Below, one piece after another: positions 13,751-30,399 of a stretch of DNA of 64,000 nucleotides (positions within the stretch are counted from its first letter, which is position 1; each line of letters begins with the position of its first letter). The DNA is taken from assembly GCF_009914755.1 (NCBI RefSeq), contig NC_060929.1; one strand, written 5' to 3'. A program made the translations under genes and the position numbers. The DNA is from the human T2T-CHM13v2.0 reference genome, Homo sapiens. Below the pieces are notes generated by a model. That model was not told where the DNA came from. It ran no database searches and saw only the letters and a list, made by a program, of their open reading frames with translations.

Positions 13751-14289
13751 AATTTTAATAAGCCAACTTATATTATTTGAATACCTGAAGCAAGTATTCA
13801 GAATAAATATGGAAGCTGAATTCTTCCATGACTGCTTACTAGTGAACCATACGCAAGAATTAGAATCAGGTTGGGCAGTCCTCCTTGCATGTTGCCCAAA
13901 TGTTTCCCCAGGCAGCAACCTTATTTTAAGTGATTCTGTAATAAGCAAAAGCCAAAAATATAGTTATAATCTTATTCAGGAATCATAATCCCAGTGAAAA
14001 AAATAAGTATTTTTCAAGCCCATTAATATAGAATGTGACTTGAACTTAATTTTTATTTGTTAATTTATTCAGTAATTTATTGGGCATCTACTATATTCCA
14101 GACACTGTTCTAGACAGGAAAAAGCAGGAGGAGAATATTTATTTGTTCATAATTTCTGCAAGAAAACATTATTTATAACATCAGCTCTGTTTCCTGTTTA
14201 ACAGTATATTTCTCACAATTACAGAGAAAAATCTATACCTGGTCAAATATGCATCAGAATAAATGTCATCACATATTCTTACGAATTGA

Positions 14290-14740
<451 letters not shown>

Positions 14741-15336
14741 CAGCTTATTTTAGAATTCAAATCTTATCTATTATTTCTAAGAGAATTTTTAGTTTTACCA
14801 ACTGGACCTTCATATGACTGTTTCTTCTCTGGGTCTACATAATTTGAATAAATATGTAATCTTATTTTAACTCATTTTCCCAGACTATCTGGGTGAATGA
14901 TACATTTTCAGGATTATATGCAATTCCAGAAGTAAGTTGTAAATGGTGAAGAATGTGAACAATTCCAGAACACCCTTCCTGAGGGATCAGTGATGATTTC
15001 TGCGGAGTCTTACAAACACGAAGAAACAATTTCTAAATATCATTGCACACAAATATGGCAATAGGAATACACTATGTTGGGAGCAGCAGAGAGGGAGAAT
15101 ATAAAGAAGGCAAGTTGTTAATCATTTAAAAAGAATGGCAAAGTGCAAATAGAAGGTCCCCCAAGGTGCAATGCAGCCAAGCATTTGTTTGAGAGGAGAC
15201 TCTAACAGGAGCCTTATGGAGTTCTGTGCAGACAGCACTTAGTAGGATTCTGGTTGCATTGAGTGCTATAAGTTCACATTGATTAATAACTTGATGTCTT
15301 AATGTTAAAATGAAATCTAATTTAAATGGTCTAACA

Positions 15337-15538
15337 GAAGGGTTAGAAAATTTTCTTGTCTTTGCCCAAATGGTAAATAGTTAAGGGCTCGTAAGCCATA
15401 CACTCTGCCATTGTAGGGCAAAAGCAGTCAACGACAAACATAAATGAATAAACATGGCTGTATTTCAATAAAATTTTATTTACAAAAGAGCTGAACGATG
15501 GCCAGATTTATCCTGTAGGCCATAGTGTGTCAGCCCTT
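15337..15538 (+). mobile_element. MER58A (hAT-Charlie)
   Basis: ctctgccattgtag...catggctgtatttcaataaaattttatttacaaaa...ggccatagt. Confidence 0.75.
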
Positions 15539-15664
15539 CTAATGTTCAAGGAGTTCTGATGAGATACCTTCCAAAAATCATACATTGATACTGAAAGGCC
15601 TGTGGCCTTGAAAATGTTCTTCTTGAGTGCCTGGTACTTGGGGGTTCTCTTTAGAAGGGAGATG

Positions 15665-17185
15665 ACTAGATAATTATATGCAGAAGAATGAAATGAAACT
15701 CTTATCTCTCTCCATAGAAAAAAATCAAATCAAAAAGGACTAAATCAAATCTAAGACATAAAACTATAAAACTTCTAGAAGAAAACACTGGGAAAACACT
15801 CTAGTACATTGGTCTGGTCAAAGACTTATTGAGTAAGATCTCAAAAGCACAGGCAACCAAAACAAAAATGGACAAATGGGATCACAGCCAGCTAAAAAGC
15901 TTCTACTGAGCAAAGAAAACAATCAACAAAGTGAAGAGACAACCCACAAATTGGAGAAAATATTTGCAAACTACCCATCTGACAAGGGATTAATTATCAG
16001 ATAATATAAGGAGCCCAAACAACTCAATAGTGAAAAACCAAATTATACATTTTTAAAATGGGCAAAAAGCCAGGCTTGGTGCCATGCACCTATAATCCCA
16101 GCTACTCAGGAGGCTGAGGTGGGAGGATCACTTGAGGCCGTAAGTTAGAGACCAGCCTGGGCAACATATCAAGACTTCATCTCAAAAAATTTTTTTAATT
16201 AGAAAAAAATTAAAAATGGGCAAAAGGTCTATATACATATATCAAAAGAAGTCATGCAAACAGTCTAAAAATGTCCAACATCACTAATCATCAAAGAAAT
16301 GCAAATCAAAACTAAAACAAGATATCATCTCATCTCAGGTAAAATGGATTTTATCAGAAAGACAGGCAATATTGATTGGTGGCGAGGATGTGGAGAAAGG
16401 GCAACCCTTGTACACTGTTGGTAGGAATGTAAATTAGTACAGCCACTATGAACAGTATGGAAGTTCCTCACAAAACTAAGAGTAGAACTACAATATGATC
16501 CAGCAAACTAACTGCTGGGTATATAGCCAAAAAAAGTTGAAATCAGTATGCCAAAGAGATATCTGCACTCCCATGTTTATTGCAGCAATATCCACAAGAG
16601 CCAAGGTATGGAGTCAAGATAAGTGTCCATCAGTGGATCAATGGATAAAGAAAATGTGGCACATATACTCAATGGAATATTATTCAGCCATAAAAAGAGT
16701 AAAATCCTGTCATTTACAACAACATGGATGGAACTAGAGGACATTATGTTAAGTGAAATAAGCTAAGCACAGAAGGACAGTAGAACATGTTCTTACTCAA
16801 ATGTGGGAGCTAAAAAAAAAAATGTGATCTCATTGAGATAGAGAGTAAAATGATGGTTGCCAGAGCTGGGAAGGGTAATGGGAAATGAATAAATAGGGGT
16901 TGGTTAATGAGCCTAAAAATACAGTTAGAGGGAATAAGACGTAATGTTCAGGAGCATAACAGGGCAACTATAGTTAAAAATAAGCTACTGTAAGTATTTC
17001 AAAATAATGAAAAGACTAGAATTGTGATGTTCCCAACACAAAATAATGATAAATGCTTGAGGAGGTAGATATCCCAATTACCCTCATTTGATTATTACAT
17101 GTTGTATGCTTATATCAAAATATCATACCTATGCCATAAATATGTACAACTATTATGTATTCATAATAATTAAAAATTTAAAAAA
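15665..17185 (+). mobile_element. L1MA 3' fragment, interrupted by a monomeric Alu/FLAM at ~16068-16195
   Basis: ORF2 C-terminal translation (ORF 16495..16737, RDICTPMFIAA...KKMWHIYSMEYYSAIK) and L1MA 3'UTR. Confidence 0.88.
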
Positions 17186-17779
17186 GAAGATATCTGATTT
17201 CCAAGGGAAATTAAATTTTGAAAGTCATTAGCACTCAGAACATATGTGGTCAAGAAAAACAATGTATGAATAAACTTAGCTCAGGGAAGCCAAACTCTGT
17301 GATTCTCCTTCAGCTTTCTACCTAGTTAGGCAGTGCCCCCAGCACAAGTGACTAGCTGCTCGTATGGCTACCTTTGGTGTGCCTGTCTAGGTCCATTCTC
17401 TAGGGAGCAGCAGCACATCTATTCTGGTTGCTCACTACTTGATAATCTTTACCATGAGGTATAGTGCTTGGTCTAGTTCATGGTCCTTGGAGAGATTCTC
17501 ATTTATCTTGGATTCAGTATAGTTATGCTTTTAAAGCTATAATATTATTATAATTCTAATTCCTTGAGATAGTATTATAAAAATGAACAAGAATTAAATG
17601 ATCACATATGTGTAAGACTTGAGAAAATATTACAAAGCTGTCTGATAACACTTCTTTTCCAAAAGCCCCTTTATGTTTTTTATTCCTCATATAAATAATG
17701 AACTTCAGTTTTGTTTAAAAATTTAATATAACATCAAGCTAATCTCACTCAGCTAGGTCAACATTAAATTTATTTTGTT

Positions 17780-18325
17780 ATGACCTACAATGTGCCTGGC
17801 ACTGGGCGAGGTGCTGGTGATATAACTATGTAGAGAGCAAGTAAGTCTCTATTGTCTCGAAGTTCACATGCAATTTAAAGAGATAAATATTACACATGCA
17901 AACAAACAGACAAAAACATAGGTGCTGAGTGCTGTAAAGATGATAAACAGTGGCATCACTGAACATAACTATGATGGATGGTGATGGTGATATCAGTTCC
18001 ATGAATGAACATGAATGGGCATGTGTATGTGCATGTGTATGGGTGCAGGTGGGTGTGTAAGTGTGTGTGTTTGGGACAGAGGGAAAGAAATTACTTGAAA
18101 AAGAGTAGTCAAGAGTTCAAGGCCAGCCTGGCCAACATGGGCAACAACAGTAGCCCATCTCTACTAAAAATACAAAAATTAGCCAGGCGTGGTGGCAGGT
18201 GCCTGCAATCTCAGCTACTTGGGAGGCTGAGGCAGGAGAATCGCTTGAACCTGGAGCCAGAGGTTGCAGTGAGCCGAGATTATGCCACTGCACTTCAGCC
18301 TGGGTGACAGAGTGAGACTCTGTCT

Positions 18326-18360
<35 letters not shown>

Positions 18361-18770
18361 TAGTTAAGAAAGGCCTGAGTTGACAATATTTAAATAGAGA
18401 CCTGAAGGATAAAATAAGAAAGCTAAGCAAAGAACTGGAGGAAGATTCTAGGCAATGGCAAGAGCATGTGCAAAGCCTCTTCCCAGTCCCTCCCCCAGTC
18501 TACCCCAAAGTAAGAGAGAGTTTGACTTGCCTGAGGAACTGAGAGATGAACATGGATGGAGCATGGTGCAGAAAAGGGAGAGCAAAAGGAGATAGGCAGA
18601 GACTGAGGGAGGTACCAGGTTACAGAGGGCATTCAAGGTCAAGAGGTTGGATTTTATTTTGAGAGTAGTGGGACAACCATGGAGCAGTCAGTCAGCAGAG
18701 GTTTAAGTTGTGATTGTAGCTTAAGGAGTTAAATGTGACTGCTCTGAAAAGGATAGATGAGGGTTGAGAG
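17780..18770 (-). mobile_element. L2 fragments flanking an Alu
   Basis: tgtgcctggcactgggc...gagcatgtgcaaagcc...ggttggattttatttt, typical of the L2 3' region. Confidence 0.65.
18109..18357 (+). mobile_element. 5'-truncated AluS with long A tail
   Basis: Alu body from caagagttcaaggccagcctggccaac; flanked by aaaaagagtagt on both sides (TSD). Confidence 0.9.
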
Positions 18771-19648
18771 CGGAAGTGCCTCTTCACCTATGTGGTTGAA
18801 ACAGCCCACAGATGCGAGGCGCACCCGTTCACCTGCCTGGCATTAGATTTATGAGTGCAGGCAAAACAGCCAAAAGGAATAACCAACCACTTCAATGCTA
18901 GATATGGAAATGCTTCTACATAAATTGATGTAATATCACAAGAGGTTATCCAATATCAAATGGGTAGAATGAAGACAGGAGTGAAAAATCATGGGAAAGG
19001 AGATATATTAAAATGCAAAGGCAGAAAATACTAAGATGAGAAGGGGAGCAGAAGGAAAATATAAGAAGATGATAGAATAGGATAAGATGTTTTTTTCAGC
19101 CAAATTATTAATGGGCAATCACATAGGAAACAAAAACATGCTAAATATTGTTTAGAGTGTCTGTTAGTGCCTTTTCCCTTTTCCCTCACTGTCTAATTCC
19201 TTACCTTGCATTTCACATGCAAACCCACAATAAGAGGGGGAATCTACTTGAAGAGCTGAGGCAAAGGCAAACATCCTCATGATCTTCTCAGCCTGGCCTC
19301 ACCACCAATGAGACTTCTCCCAAGTTCAAAGATATGTTCAAAAGGTTATTTTAGTGAAATTATTGTGAAATGAACAAAGAACAAAACGAAGAGTAGTGAG
19401 GACTGGAAATAGAAGAAAAAGGCAATTGGGCAAAGACTCAAATCTCGAGTTTCAGTTAGACTCTCAGCCAACAATTGTCCTTATTAGTACCATATGACCT
19501 AGTTACAATCCAGCATATCATCACTAAATAAGTGTCAGATGGACTAGCATTGTGGCATGGATTAATTACTAAATGAAGATTATAACATTGATTATCAATA
19601 CATCCCCTTGACCCGGAAGAAATATGGAGAGGAATGCATAAGGTCTGT

Positions 19649-19697
19649 GATGTATGTGTGTATGTGTGTGTGTGTATGTGTATGTGTATTCATGTGT
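19649..19697. repeat. (TG/TATG)n imperfect microsatellite
   Basis: Direct observation. Confidence 0.85.
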
Positions 19698-21099
19698 CTG
19701 AACAATTGGAAGCAGAGTCTTCAGTGAGGTGATAATAAGTATAACTGATAAAATTCTATTTTCTTGACAATCAAGTATACATATCCTTTGAAAGAATGGA
19801 AAAATATATAATTATTTTGTGAAAGACTTTTTCCATTTTGGTTCATTTTAAAATCATAAATGTGTAATAAAAGTTAATATTTACATTCCTTGAATCAGTT
19901 CATGGCATTTCCACTCAAAAGTACTAAATGATTGTAAAACATTAAAATCAGATAAATCTTGGATTGCTTTATCTGTTCAGTTCCAAGTGAACCATCTTAT
20001 ATATGAAACATATGACATTTCAATCAACAAAAATTAAAACCACACTTTCCCCTTCAGTTAACCTGTTTCCAATGTAAAATACCATGTCAAACGGAGTTTA
20101 ATTATTTGAACTATTGGGGCATTTATGTGTGTTAAGCAGTTTCTAAATAAAGTTTTCAACAGAGATTCCCAGAAGTAGCACAGGAATGCTGTTTTAGCTA
20201 AAATTATTTAAATTAACATTACCCATTCCTTGCCTATATGAAACAGGCTTCATTATCATTCCCTAAAAATGTAATGATCTTTCATGTAACCAAATTTATT
20301 TTATTGTCAATTTTATAACTGGAATTTTGCAGTCAACTAAAAAGGATCAAGATTTGTGACCTAAAAAATTGTCATTACTTCATGATATTTACAGGACAAA
20401 CCCTAAATGTATGAATTTTCAAATATTGATTTCATAATGTCTTCAGGTAGTTCAGCCCATTCTGTGTATTTTTTCCATATAATTATGGTACTATAAGATC
20501 CTGGTATTTGAAAAACTAGAAAACAAGGAACATGATGATGTGAACAAGTAGATGAAAATCAGCTTATAACACTTAAGTTGGGAAGAAAGAGTAGTGACTG
20601 AATAAAAGTGAAATATTAAGAAATTGTTAATGCCTGTTGAAAAGAAATAAGGACATGACATCACATCTGCACGTTCCTGCCCTGGGATCCAGAGTAAACT
20701 TGTTATTTCTCAAGATAGAGAAGAAAAAACCTTTTAAGGCAGCTTAGGAGTTATTTGCCATATTTGCATTTAATGGAGTGGTCTTCGTAGAGAGGACTTA
20801 CAAGCACAGTGGACAGGAAAGGTAAAGGAGAAGAGTGAAAAAAGAGGATGTTCCTGATGCCTATTATTGGTGTCCCATGAATGTAGGCCAATGGAATTCT
20901 CTGAAAAGTTTGCCTAGAAGCTGGGCTAACCACAGACCATCACGGAAAACTCTCACAGGTGAAGAGCTCTTCTAGACCCTGGAATTGGAAACCCTAGGTA
21001 TTACTGTAGAATGTTTTGTCCCTTCCAAAATTCATGTTGAAATTTAATTCCAACCAAAATTCAGATGCTACCAATGTGATAAATTCTTATTAAAAACAG

Positions 21100-21370
21100 C
21101 AGTAGTGGATACTTATTAAACAGTTGACAAAATTATATAGAGCTTAATACACATACGAGTGCAAATAAAACTGAGGATTCTGACTTAGCTCAGTAGATTG
21201 TATCAACATCAACAACTTGGTTGAGGTATTATTATAGTATAATATCCACACTATAGTTCTGCAAAATGTTACCCTTGAGGGAACTGGGCAAGTGTACAAG
21301 GGATCTCTGTATTATTTCTTTCAACCGCATATGAATCTACAATTATCTCAGTAAAAATTACAATAAAAAA
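21100..21370 (+). mobile_element. L1MC-type 3' end
   Basis: gggatctctgtattatttctt...atgaatctacaattatctc...aaaa. Confidence 0.6.
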
Positions 21371-21960
21371 TACAATTATAATGTCATCAAACCTAAAAAA
21401 TTAACATTAATTCTTAACATCTGAGTGGCAAGATATATTTTAAAAGATCATAGTATGATAAAACAAAACAGAGTGAAATACACCTAGTATACAACTATAA
21501 ACTGCAATTAAATCCAAAGGGAGCATACAGGCAGGAAAAGAGTAAGGGACCCCCATCTTTGGGACAGCTACATCATGTTAATGCTATCATTAGTCTTTGT
21601 TTGACACTCTTCTACCTGTGGAGAATTTCCAAATCTGGCTCAATTATAGACAAAATATTCAGTCTCACTCCTGTATTAAAATGAAATCTACTTCTTTCTG
21701 GGCACCACAGGCAGCATCTCCAATGTTCTTGTGCTATTTTACAGTATATTCCAAATTTTATCCTTGCTTTGCTCATGTTTATGTAGAGCATACAGAATGG
21801 GTATGAGCTGGATAAACAGCAATACCCATGAGCTACTGATGCCAAGGGGACATTTAATGGGGTTACACACAAGTGTCATGGCACAGCAGGATGGGGGATC
21901 CATTTTAGGTTAGGATTCCATATAGGAAATGACACCACAAAATGGAAATGTGTTTTCAGC

Positions 21961-22587
<627 letters not shown>

Positions 22588-25254
22588 ACAGCACGATCAT
22601 CTTTCTTTTGGGGGCAGTAGGAGAGAATCTGTTTCCTTGGTCTTCCTGCCTTCAAGAGGTGCCTGCATTTTTTAACTCTTAGACCCCTTCTTTGGAACAG
22701 CTAATTGAGGCCCTTTCACACTTGAAATTTTTTCTGCTGCTGTCTATCTCTCACTGACTGGGGAAGAAGTTCTCCACATTTGATGACTCATGTGATTAGA
22801 CTGGGCCCCTCACTTCTAATGCTGCTTTCTCCAGAATATAATGAAGTTAAGATATAAGCCACATTTTTCTAGTAGTGAGCTGGAATTGTTGGCATCGCCT
22901 TCTCTCTCCAGCCAAATGGAAAATCCAGAGGACATTAGCAGTGGGTGTCAACCATAGGGTGCTATACTCTTCACTGTCTTTCTAATGGCATCTTATCCTT
23001 ATTGGGTATTCTTATTGGGTTGTCCTAAACTTAAAGCTCAGATAGATAGTGGAAATAATGAAACAAAGTGAAATAGAACACAGAAGATGGGAAAAAAGAC
23101 CCTGTTGAAAACACAAGAAAGATAGGACACATCAGCATCCACAAAGTTGATTTTAAATTAAACTCTTCCCATCCAATATCCTAATATTTCCAATCTTATG
23201 TGTGACTTAAAATATACACGTGATCTTTGTGTTTACTAAAGGCAGACAGAACAAGGCAGTTGAGAGTTATTGGTCATGGAGTGGAAGGAGGCTTTCTATA
23301 AATGTTGAACCACAAAAAAATTTAAACTAAAAGCTGAAGAGGTTTTTAAATGAACCATCACCACATTGCATGTTTGTTTGGGTCTGGGGACACAAAGAAT
23401 GAACGTTTCCCCTAGACACCAGGCGACTCATTCTAGTGGTTTTCTCCAGCAGTGGATATCTTGTATAAGCTTTCCTGGGAAATGAGAATTTGTAGGGCTG
23501 AGGATTCTGAATCATCAGTGAGCTCTAACTATGTGGCCCATGAAAGAGAGTCTTGTTGCCATGATTCAGCGATGTCAAATGGTATGACAATCATATTTTG
23601 ATGACTTATTCACATAGAAGGATGAGAGATGTGGGGAGAACAGCAACAAAAAGCCCAGGTTCAGAAACAGCCTTCAGTTTGTGGGCACACACAAACAACC
23701 AGGTCTCCAGAGTCACTGCCAGGAACGTCATGGCGAGCATATCAGAAAATAGAGGCACATTGATTCATGCACACAGCAGAGACCCAGCCTGCCTTATGGA
23801 CTCTGCTGTTTTTGACTTCCTTCCCAGGCATTTTCCTCAGAAACAGCTTTGGGTGGAGAGCGCATTATTAACAAAGGGTGTTGATGTCTGTAATGAATGG
23901 TATTGATAATCAGTGTAAGTGTTAGCCAGGCTCCAGGAGGCACTGACCTCCTGGAGGTGGACAGAAATAAGGCACAACTTTGAAACTGCTGTAAGGTAAG
24001 TGAGTGATGTATCAGAAAGGTTCCTCCCGGATTCAGTGAGCCCATCTCTCTTATGCCAATTTATCCTGGCCTAGCAGCTCCGTTCATGCACAACTTTATT
24101 CTTCATTGTGTTTGTTTCCACCTGGACACACAGAAGTGACCACACTTCTGATACTAACACAGCGTGGCTCAGAAGTCTATGTCAAAAGTGTCGCACCGAG
24201 TTCAACTAAATCAAGAGTATAAAGACAGTGGGAACTCTGTGCAAGCATATCACATGATGGGGGCTGGCAAACATATGCATCTATTTGCAGTTCTTTTAAA
24301 ATGTAGATACTAAAATATGGTTATCTGTGGATTTTTCCATCCAATGTTTAAAAACCATAATATATCAATTTTAGACACTTGATGGCTATAGATCTCATTC
24401 TAGGTCGAGAAGGGGCTACTATACTGTTCTTATACGTTTGCAGTTCAAACTAATTTATAGGTATTTCTTGACAAAATGGACAGCTTGGCAGAAAGAAAAA
24501 GTGTACCAAATCCTGTAATCCCCACAAGGAAGCATAATTCTCTTATAAAGTATTTCCAGAGCAAATCTTTACAATCCAACTATGGTCTATATTGCTAATA
24601 GCTTATTTATGGTTCTTTTAATTGGCTGATTATTTCTTTAAACTAATAATCTAACAATCCTCATCTGGGGAGTCATTTAATGGTGAAGAAAGGTCCATTG
24701 TCTTAAATAGAAGAGTAGCTCTTATGATATCAACCGATCAATAAATAATTATGGGAATGTCTCCAAAAAGTTTAGGTGATCCACAAAACACAATTTTGTC
24801 TGTTTGTGTTTTCCTTTTTTTCTTTTTATTTCTTCTATAATCCCACCTGTAGCTGTTCTAAACACTGGCTGCTTTATTTTTTTCTCTAAAGTTATGTATA
24901 TATTATCTTCTATAACCCTTTAATAACTTATGAAAATTCCTTCTTAAGTCACCGATTCTGTCTTTTCTTCTTGGATTTTACCCTCCCTCCTAGACCGAAG
25001 CATTTCAGCCCTAATCTACTTTCATTAGGAAGATTCCTTCCTAAATATTCTAAATATTTACTAATAAATATGTTGTATTTATAACAATTATATCCTAGAA
25101 GACTTCAGTTGGATTCTCAGTTCCTTGAAGTGATTTTCAATATTTAATTAAGAAGAAAAATGTCCCCACAGGACACTTTCAAGCAAGAAGCATGAACTAT
25201 AAATTAGTGAATCCGGCTAGTGAGAAGCATTGGAAGAGTAAAGGCTGGCTCTCT

Positions 25255-25480
25255 GAGCTACAGGCACAGCTGTTACTCAGCATCAGCTTATGTTAGATGT
25301 TGCCACACAGGAATGTGGGCTCTGTTCTGCCAGCTCTTCCACTTTTCAAGAGAAACCAAAAATCCTTATTTTATGTGACATCTCCCAATTTTAAAATAAC
25401 AGGAACTAAGTCAAGCAGTTTTGACTTTCTACAGGCTAAAAGGAACATAGCTATGGACCAGATGTGCCTATGAGCCAATG
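25255..25480 (+). mobile_element. MER103C-like hAT-Charlie
   Basis: gccagctcttccacttttcaagagaaaccaaaaatcc...tatgtgacatctcccaatttt. Confidence 0.65.
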
Positions 25481-27469
25481 CTTAAACAATATTGAAAAAG
25501 ACATATTGGTATAGAGCTATCCTGTTGGAAGAAAATTATCCTAAATGAGAGAAAATATGGCATGTGAAATTCCTTTGAAGACTTGTTATTCGACTCTTCC
25601 ACTTTTTTCTTTTTTGGGCTATCCTTTGGATTTCTATATATTATAGGCCTCTAATGTGATTATACTGATGGTTTGTATAACCAGTGCTCCACCACTGCAA
25701 ATGTCAATATTACAATTATATGATCATACCTGTGTGGCATTCATGACTCTTGGGTACTCTGTGATTTGGATACTCAATATAGAGTGAAAATTACAGGCTT
25801 GATCTAACAGTAGTTTTCATAGGGTGATATTATAAGCCTTAACAACATAAAATGCCTTTGGCAGAGGGCTCTAGTTAGAAGCGCAAAGAGTGCATTTCTC
25901 TCACTTTTTTCATAGCTTTTCTAACACCATAGACTATTATGTTCATACCTGACAATTAGATTGAATGAAAGTGAAAGAACTTATTTCTTGACCTAAAATT
26001 ATTCATAGTGAAGGGGAGACAAAGAAAAGGAATTTTTTCATCAGTTATTTATAATCAGTCTAGAAATGCCAATATTTTCTCAAAGCCATGCCTCAGGCTA
26101 AGTGGCTTTTATGAAAATGTTTCCACTTTTTACCTTTCAAATGCTGCTCCTATATTTCTTAAACCATACTGCCTCTAGGTCCCAGCTGCTCTCACATGGC
26201 CTTTCCCACTCACATTAGATTGGCTGAGGTCTGCAGATGCCATGGTACCAGACGCTGCCTAGAAAAGAGTATGCAGAACCAGTGAGAATGAGCCTGACAA
26301 GCTGCCCTCAACACTCCTGGTCATCTTTGGTCTATGAGTAGGATCACTTTGCTATGGCTTCCTCTGTGGCAGTGGTGGCCTTGTGGCTTGGGGGTCAGCA
26401 GGTGAAGAGTGTCATATAAAATTTAAAAAAATACAAGCATGCTTAGAACAGTAGGCTTCCCTTATGAATTTGTTCATCTACTGGAAAATGGAAGAACAAT
26501 ACATTCTAGCTCTTAAAGCACTGCGATAGTGTAAAAATAACAAAAATGCATTTTCAGTGGTCTGAGTTGAGGATTAAATGTTCAGATAAGCATCTTATTT
26601 TGTAAGATTCTATGAAAGAATTAATTTGCATTTATATTTATTGCAATATTTAAGTAATATGCAGCTTGAATATCACAGATTATTATTACTTATATTTTGA
26701 GGGTTGTTACATCCGTTTGAATTATTAAAATTTAGAAACTTAGAAGAGGCACCCTATGGAGTTGAAACTCAGATCTCCAAGGAGGACGCACAGACTGGCT
26801 GGTGATTGCATCTGGTGGGGAAGGGTCAGTTTGTCTGGTTTTACAAATTTGGTTGGATTCAGCTGCTGCTACTGAAAAGAACTGCTGCTGCTGGAGTAGA
26901 GGAGTGTTGCTGGAATAATGCTCACAGCAAGCACATGCACACAGGAAGCCTTTAAAAGGATTAAATGGCCTCTTGCTCCCCACTTCTTGCATTCTCCTCC
27001 CATTATTCCTGTTGGCAGAGCATAACACAGAGCCAGCTTGCAAAGCAGAAATGGGCTGTGCATAGTCCCTGTACCCATATCATAAAGCTAAATATAGAAA
27101 AGAAGGTTGGGAGTATACAGACAATAAGTTAATAACTGGCACAATTTTGCTATCTGCTAGCTCTTTAATAAGCTTGTGGAAAAAATAGGCTATTTTTAAT
27201 AAAAAATAGTCATTAAATTTTTTTTCTTAAAAGAATCTCTAAAAAAGGAAGTGTGATCAATTTCATAAGAACCATTGATCCAGTATTTATAGTATCAATT
27301 TTTTAAATTTCTGATTTTTAAGAAGTGTATATTTAATAAGTCAATTCTGCGCCCAAACCTCTACTCCCTCAAAAAAAATTCCTTCATCAAAAAAAATCTG
27401 AAATTTGAAATAACATTATTAGGATGAATTGTGCTAATCACCAGTATTAAAATACAGATATCTCTCAAT

Positions 27470-27900
27470 TAGTATTAGGTTTCCATGTGAATAACAGACT
27501 CTTAAAAATGGCTAAAATAAAAATAAAAATTTACTTTTCTTATGTAAATAAAGTCCAAGAAAGGCACTCCAGGGCTTCTATGATGGTTCCAGCATTACCA
27601 GGGACCCAAGTCCATCCAGGCCTCTGCTCTGTCATATCAAGTGTTACATAAATGAAATCTGTTCTCAACTGGCTGCTAAAGCGCCAGTCATCACATCCAT
27701 CTTCGAAGCATCAGTAAGAAGGAAAGGAAGAGAAGCAATTGTTCTCTTCTTCCTTTTCAAGAATTGTTCTTACAAGTTCCACACAATATTTTCACTAACT
27801 ACAAAGGAGCTTGTAGATGTGCCCAGCTGAAAGTTGGGGCTCTATTAATTGAGGGAGTTGAGTGGAATGGCTATTGGTAAGGAACTAACTGTCTCTGCCG
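27470..27900 (-). mobile_element. Old MaLR LTR (MLT1 family)
   Basis: ccagggacccaag...ggctgctaaagcgccagtcatcacatcc...gtgcccagct motifs. Confidence 0.6.
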
Positions 27901-28231
27901 GACATTAGAAGGGACATTATCTCATCAATTATAAGCCTTGGTGTAAATGAGTCCATCAGTTCCTTTTTGAAAGCAAGATTTCATAGGTAAGACGGACTGG
28001 TGAGCATACAAGAATACTAGGCTGGAGAGTGGAGGCTGCTGAATGGGGTGGGTGAACAACATTGAAGATGAACCTCCTCTATTTTAGAATCTTGATCAGA
28101 GCCACCATCAGCCCCAACTCCATCTTTCTTGTTTATGTTTTTGTTCATTTAAAGAATTTGAATTCAATACTAATAGAGAAGGGATCATATCATGTATCAA
28201 CTATATTTCTTTTGTTTCAAAGGGCTAGATT

Positions 28232-28558
28232 TTTTTATATACTTTAAGTTCTAGGGTAAATGTGCACAACGTGCAGTTTCGATACATAGGTATACATGTG
28301 CCATGTTGGTTTGCTCCACCCATTAAATCATCACTTACATTAGGTATTTCTCCTAATGCTATCCCTCCCCCATCCCCCCACCCCACAACAGGCCCCCATG
28401 TGTGATGTTCCCCGTGCTGTGTCCAAGTGTTCTCATTGTTCAGTTCCCACTTATGAGTGTGAACATGAGGTGTTCGGCTTTCTGTCCTTGTGACAGTCTG
28501 CTCAGAATGATGGTTTCCAGCTTTATCCATGTCCCTGCAAAGGACATGAACTCATCCT
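28232..28558 (-). mobile_element. L1PA 3' end (~330 bp)
   Basis: L1PA 3'UTR; TSD caaagg(g/a)ctagatt at 28218-28231 and 28559-28572. Confidence 0.92.
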
Positions 28559-29577
28559 CAAAGGACTAGATTATTTTTTAAAAGATATGATCACACTTTT
28601 CATTGTGTTCTGTTCCCTCTCTTTTAGAGAGACACCTTCTAATGCCAAGATGGTTTTTGGATTTCCACGGTTATTACATTCTTCTTTGTGTGTTTGTCTC
28701 TCCCTTCCCATGAACCCTGAAGAGAATGGAAAAATGGCATCATGTTGATAAAAGGTGATGCCTTCCAGGACATTCTGTAAATGTCCTATGTGCAGATATG
28801 GTCAAAACGAATAATTCAGGCCAACTGAGTGAACATTTCTCCAGAGATGCTTGAGGTAAAACTGTCTGGCTTTGCAAAGTGGTTCTCTTTATAAACTAGC
28901 AACATTGCTTTATGACGTTTTGGGTGACAGGCCAATTTCTTATGTGATTTAAGTATATGCATTTAGTATTTTCCAGCACTTTTGCTTTTAGAGCTAACTT
29001 ATAAAGGGAGAGCAACCAACACTGCTGTGCCATGGCATGTTGCCTTTGCACAGTCACTGGCAGAAACATTACGCATTTCTCCATAAGACACCTCCGTTCC
29101 CAAAAATTTCACTGGCTTCCAGCTACCTCATCTTTCATATTTTGATACCTTTAGTCACAATAAGGGAAAAATTTCAGGAGAACATTGGAGAAGGAAAGGG
29201 ATGGTAGAAAAAGAAAAGTTGAAGATTCAAATGGACGTTTTGTGATGTTTCATCGTGTTTGCTGCAGAGAAAATATTTGCAGTGCACAAATGTTTGTGTG
29301 CGGTAAGATCTATCCCTAATCAAATGGTGACATGGCTTCAAACTGAGCACTACCTGGCCTCTTGGGGCAGCCTTCACTTTTACCCTGTGCCCATGATCAA
29401 GACAGACAAAACACATCATTCATCGTTGGTCTGCCCCATTCCCCCAACTGGTCCCTACCTCTGCTGGTTATGTAGATTTTTCTGAAGATATTGGTGAAAT
29501 TAAGAAAAGAATCTGTACTGCACATCACTCAGGAAAAACTACATCTAGAAAACAACTGTATATGGCAAAAGTGATTC

Positions 29578-30155
<578 letters not shown>

Positions 30156-30399
30156 TCCCCTGTCACTTAACATTGAAAACATTGTGTTCCATAGCCCCAG
30201 TCTCTCTCTTCTGCTTTGTCCCTCTCAGAGGCTTCTCCTCTGTGCCTTGTCTGCACTCCTCCTTCTTGCCTCTTCTTTCTTCTAAAAGGAAGCATAACAG
30301 CTGGTGAGAGCTTAGTTACCTTCCCCTGAGGCATATGGATAATACATTAAAACAGGGATAAAAACTAAAGGGAAGAAGCTCTGCTGGAGGAATTTAGGC

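Noticed and set aside
26732-27140. Minus-strand ORFs with short poly-Q/poly-S and a GC-richer patch
   Set aside because: Looks like a degenerate old LTR; there is no splice or homology support and I cannot assign the family confidently.
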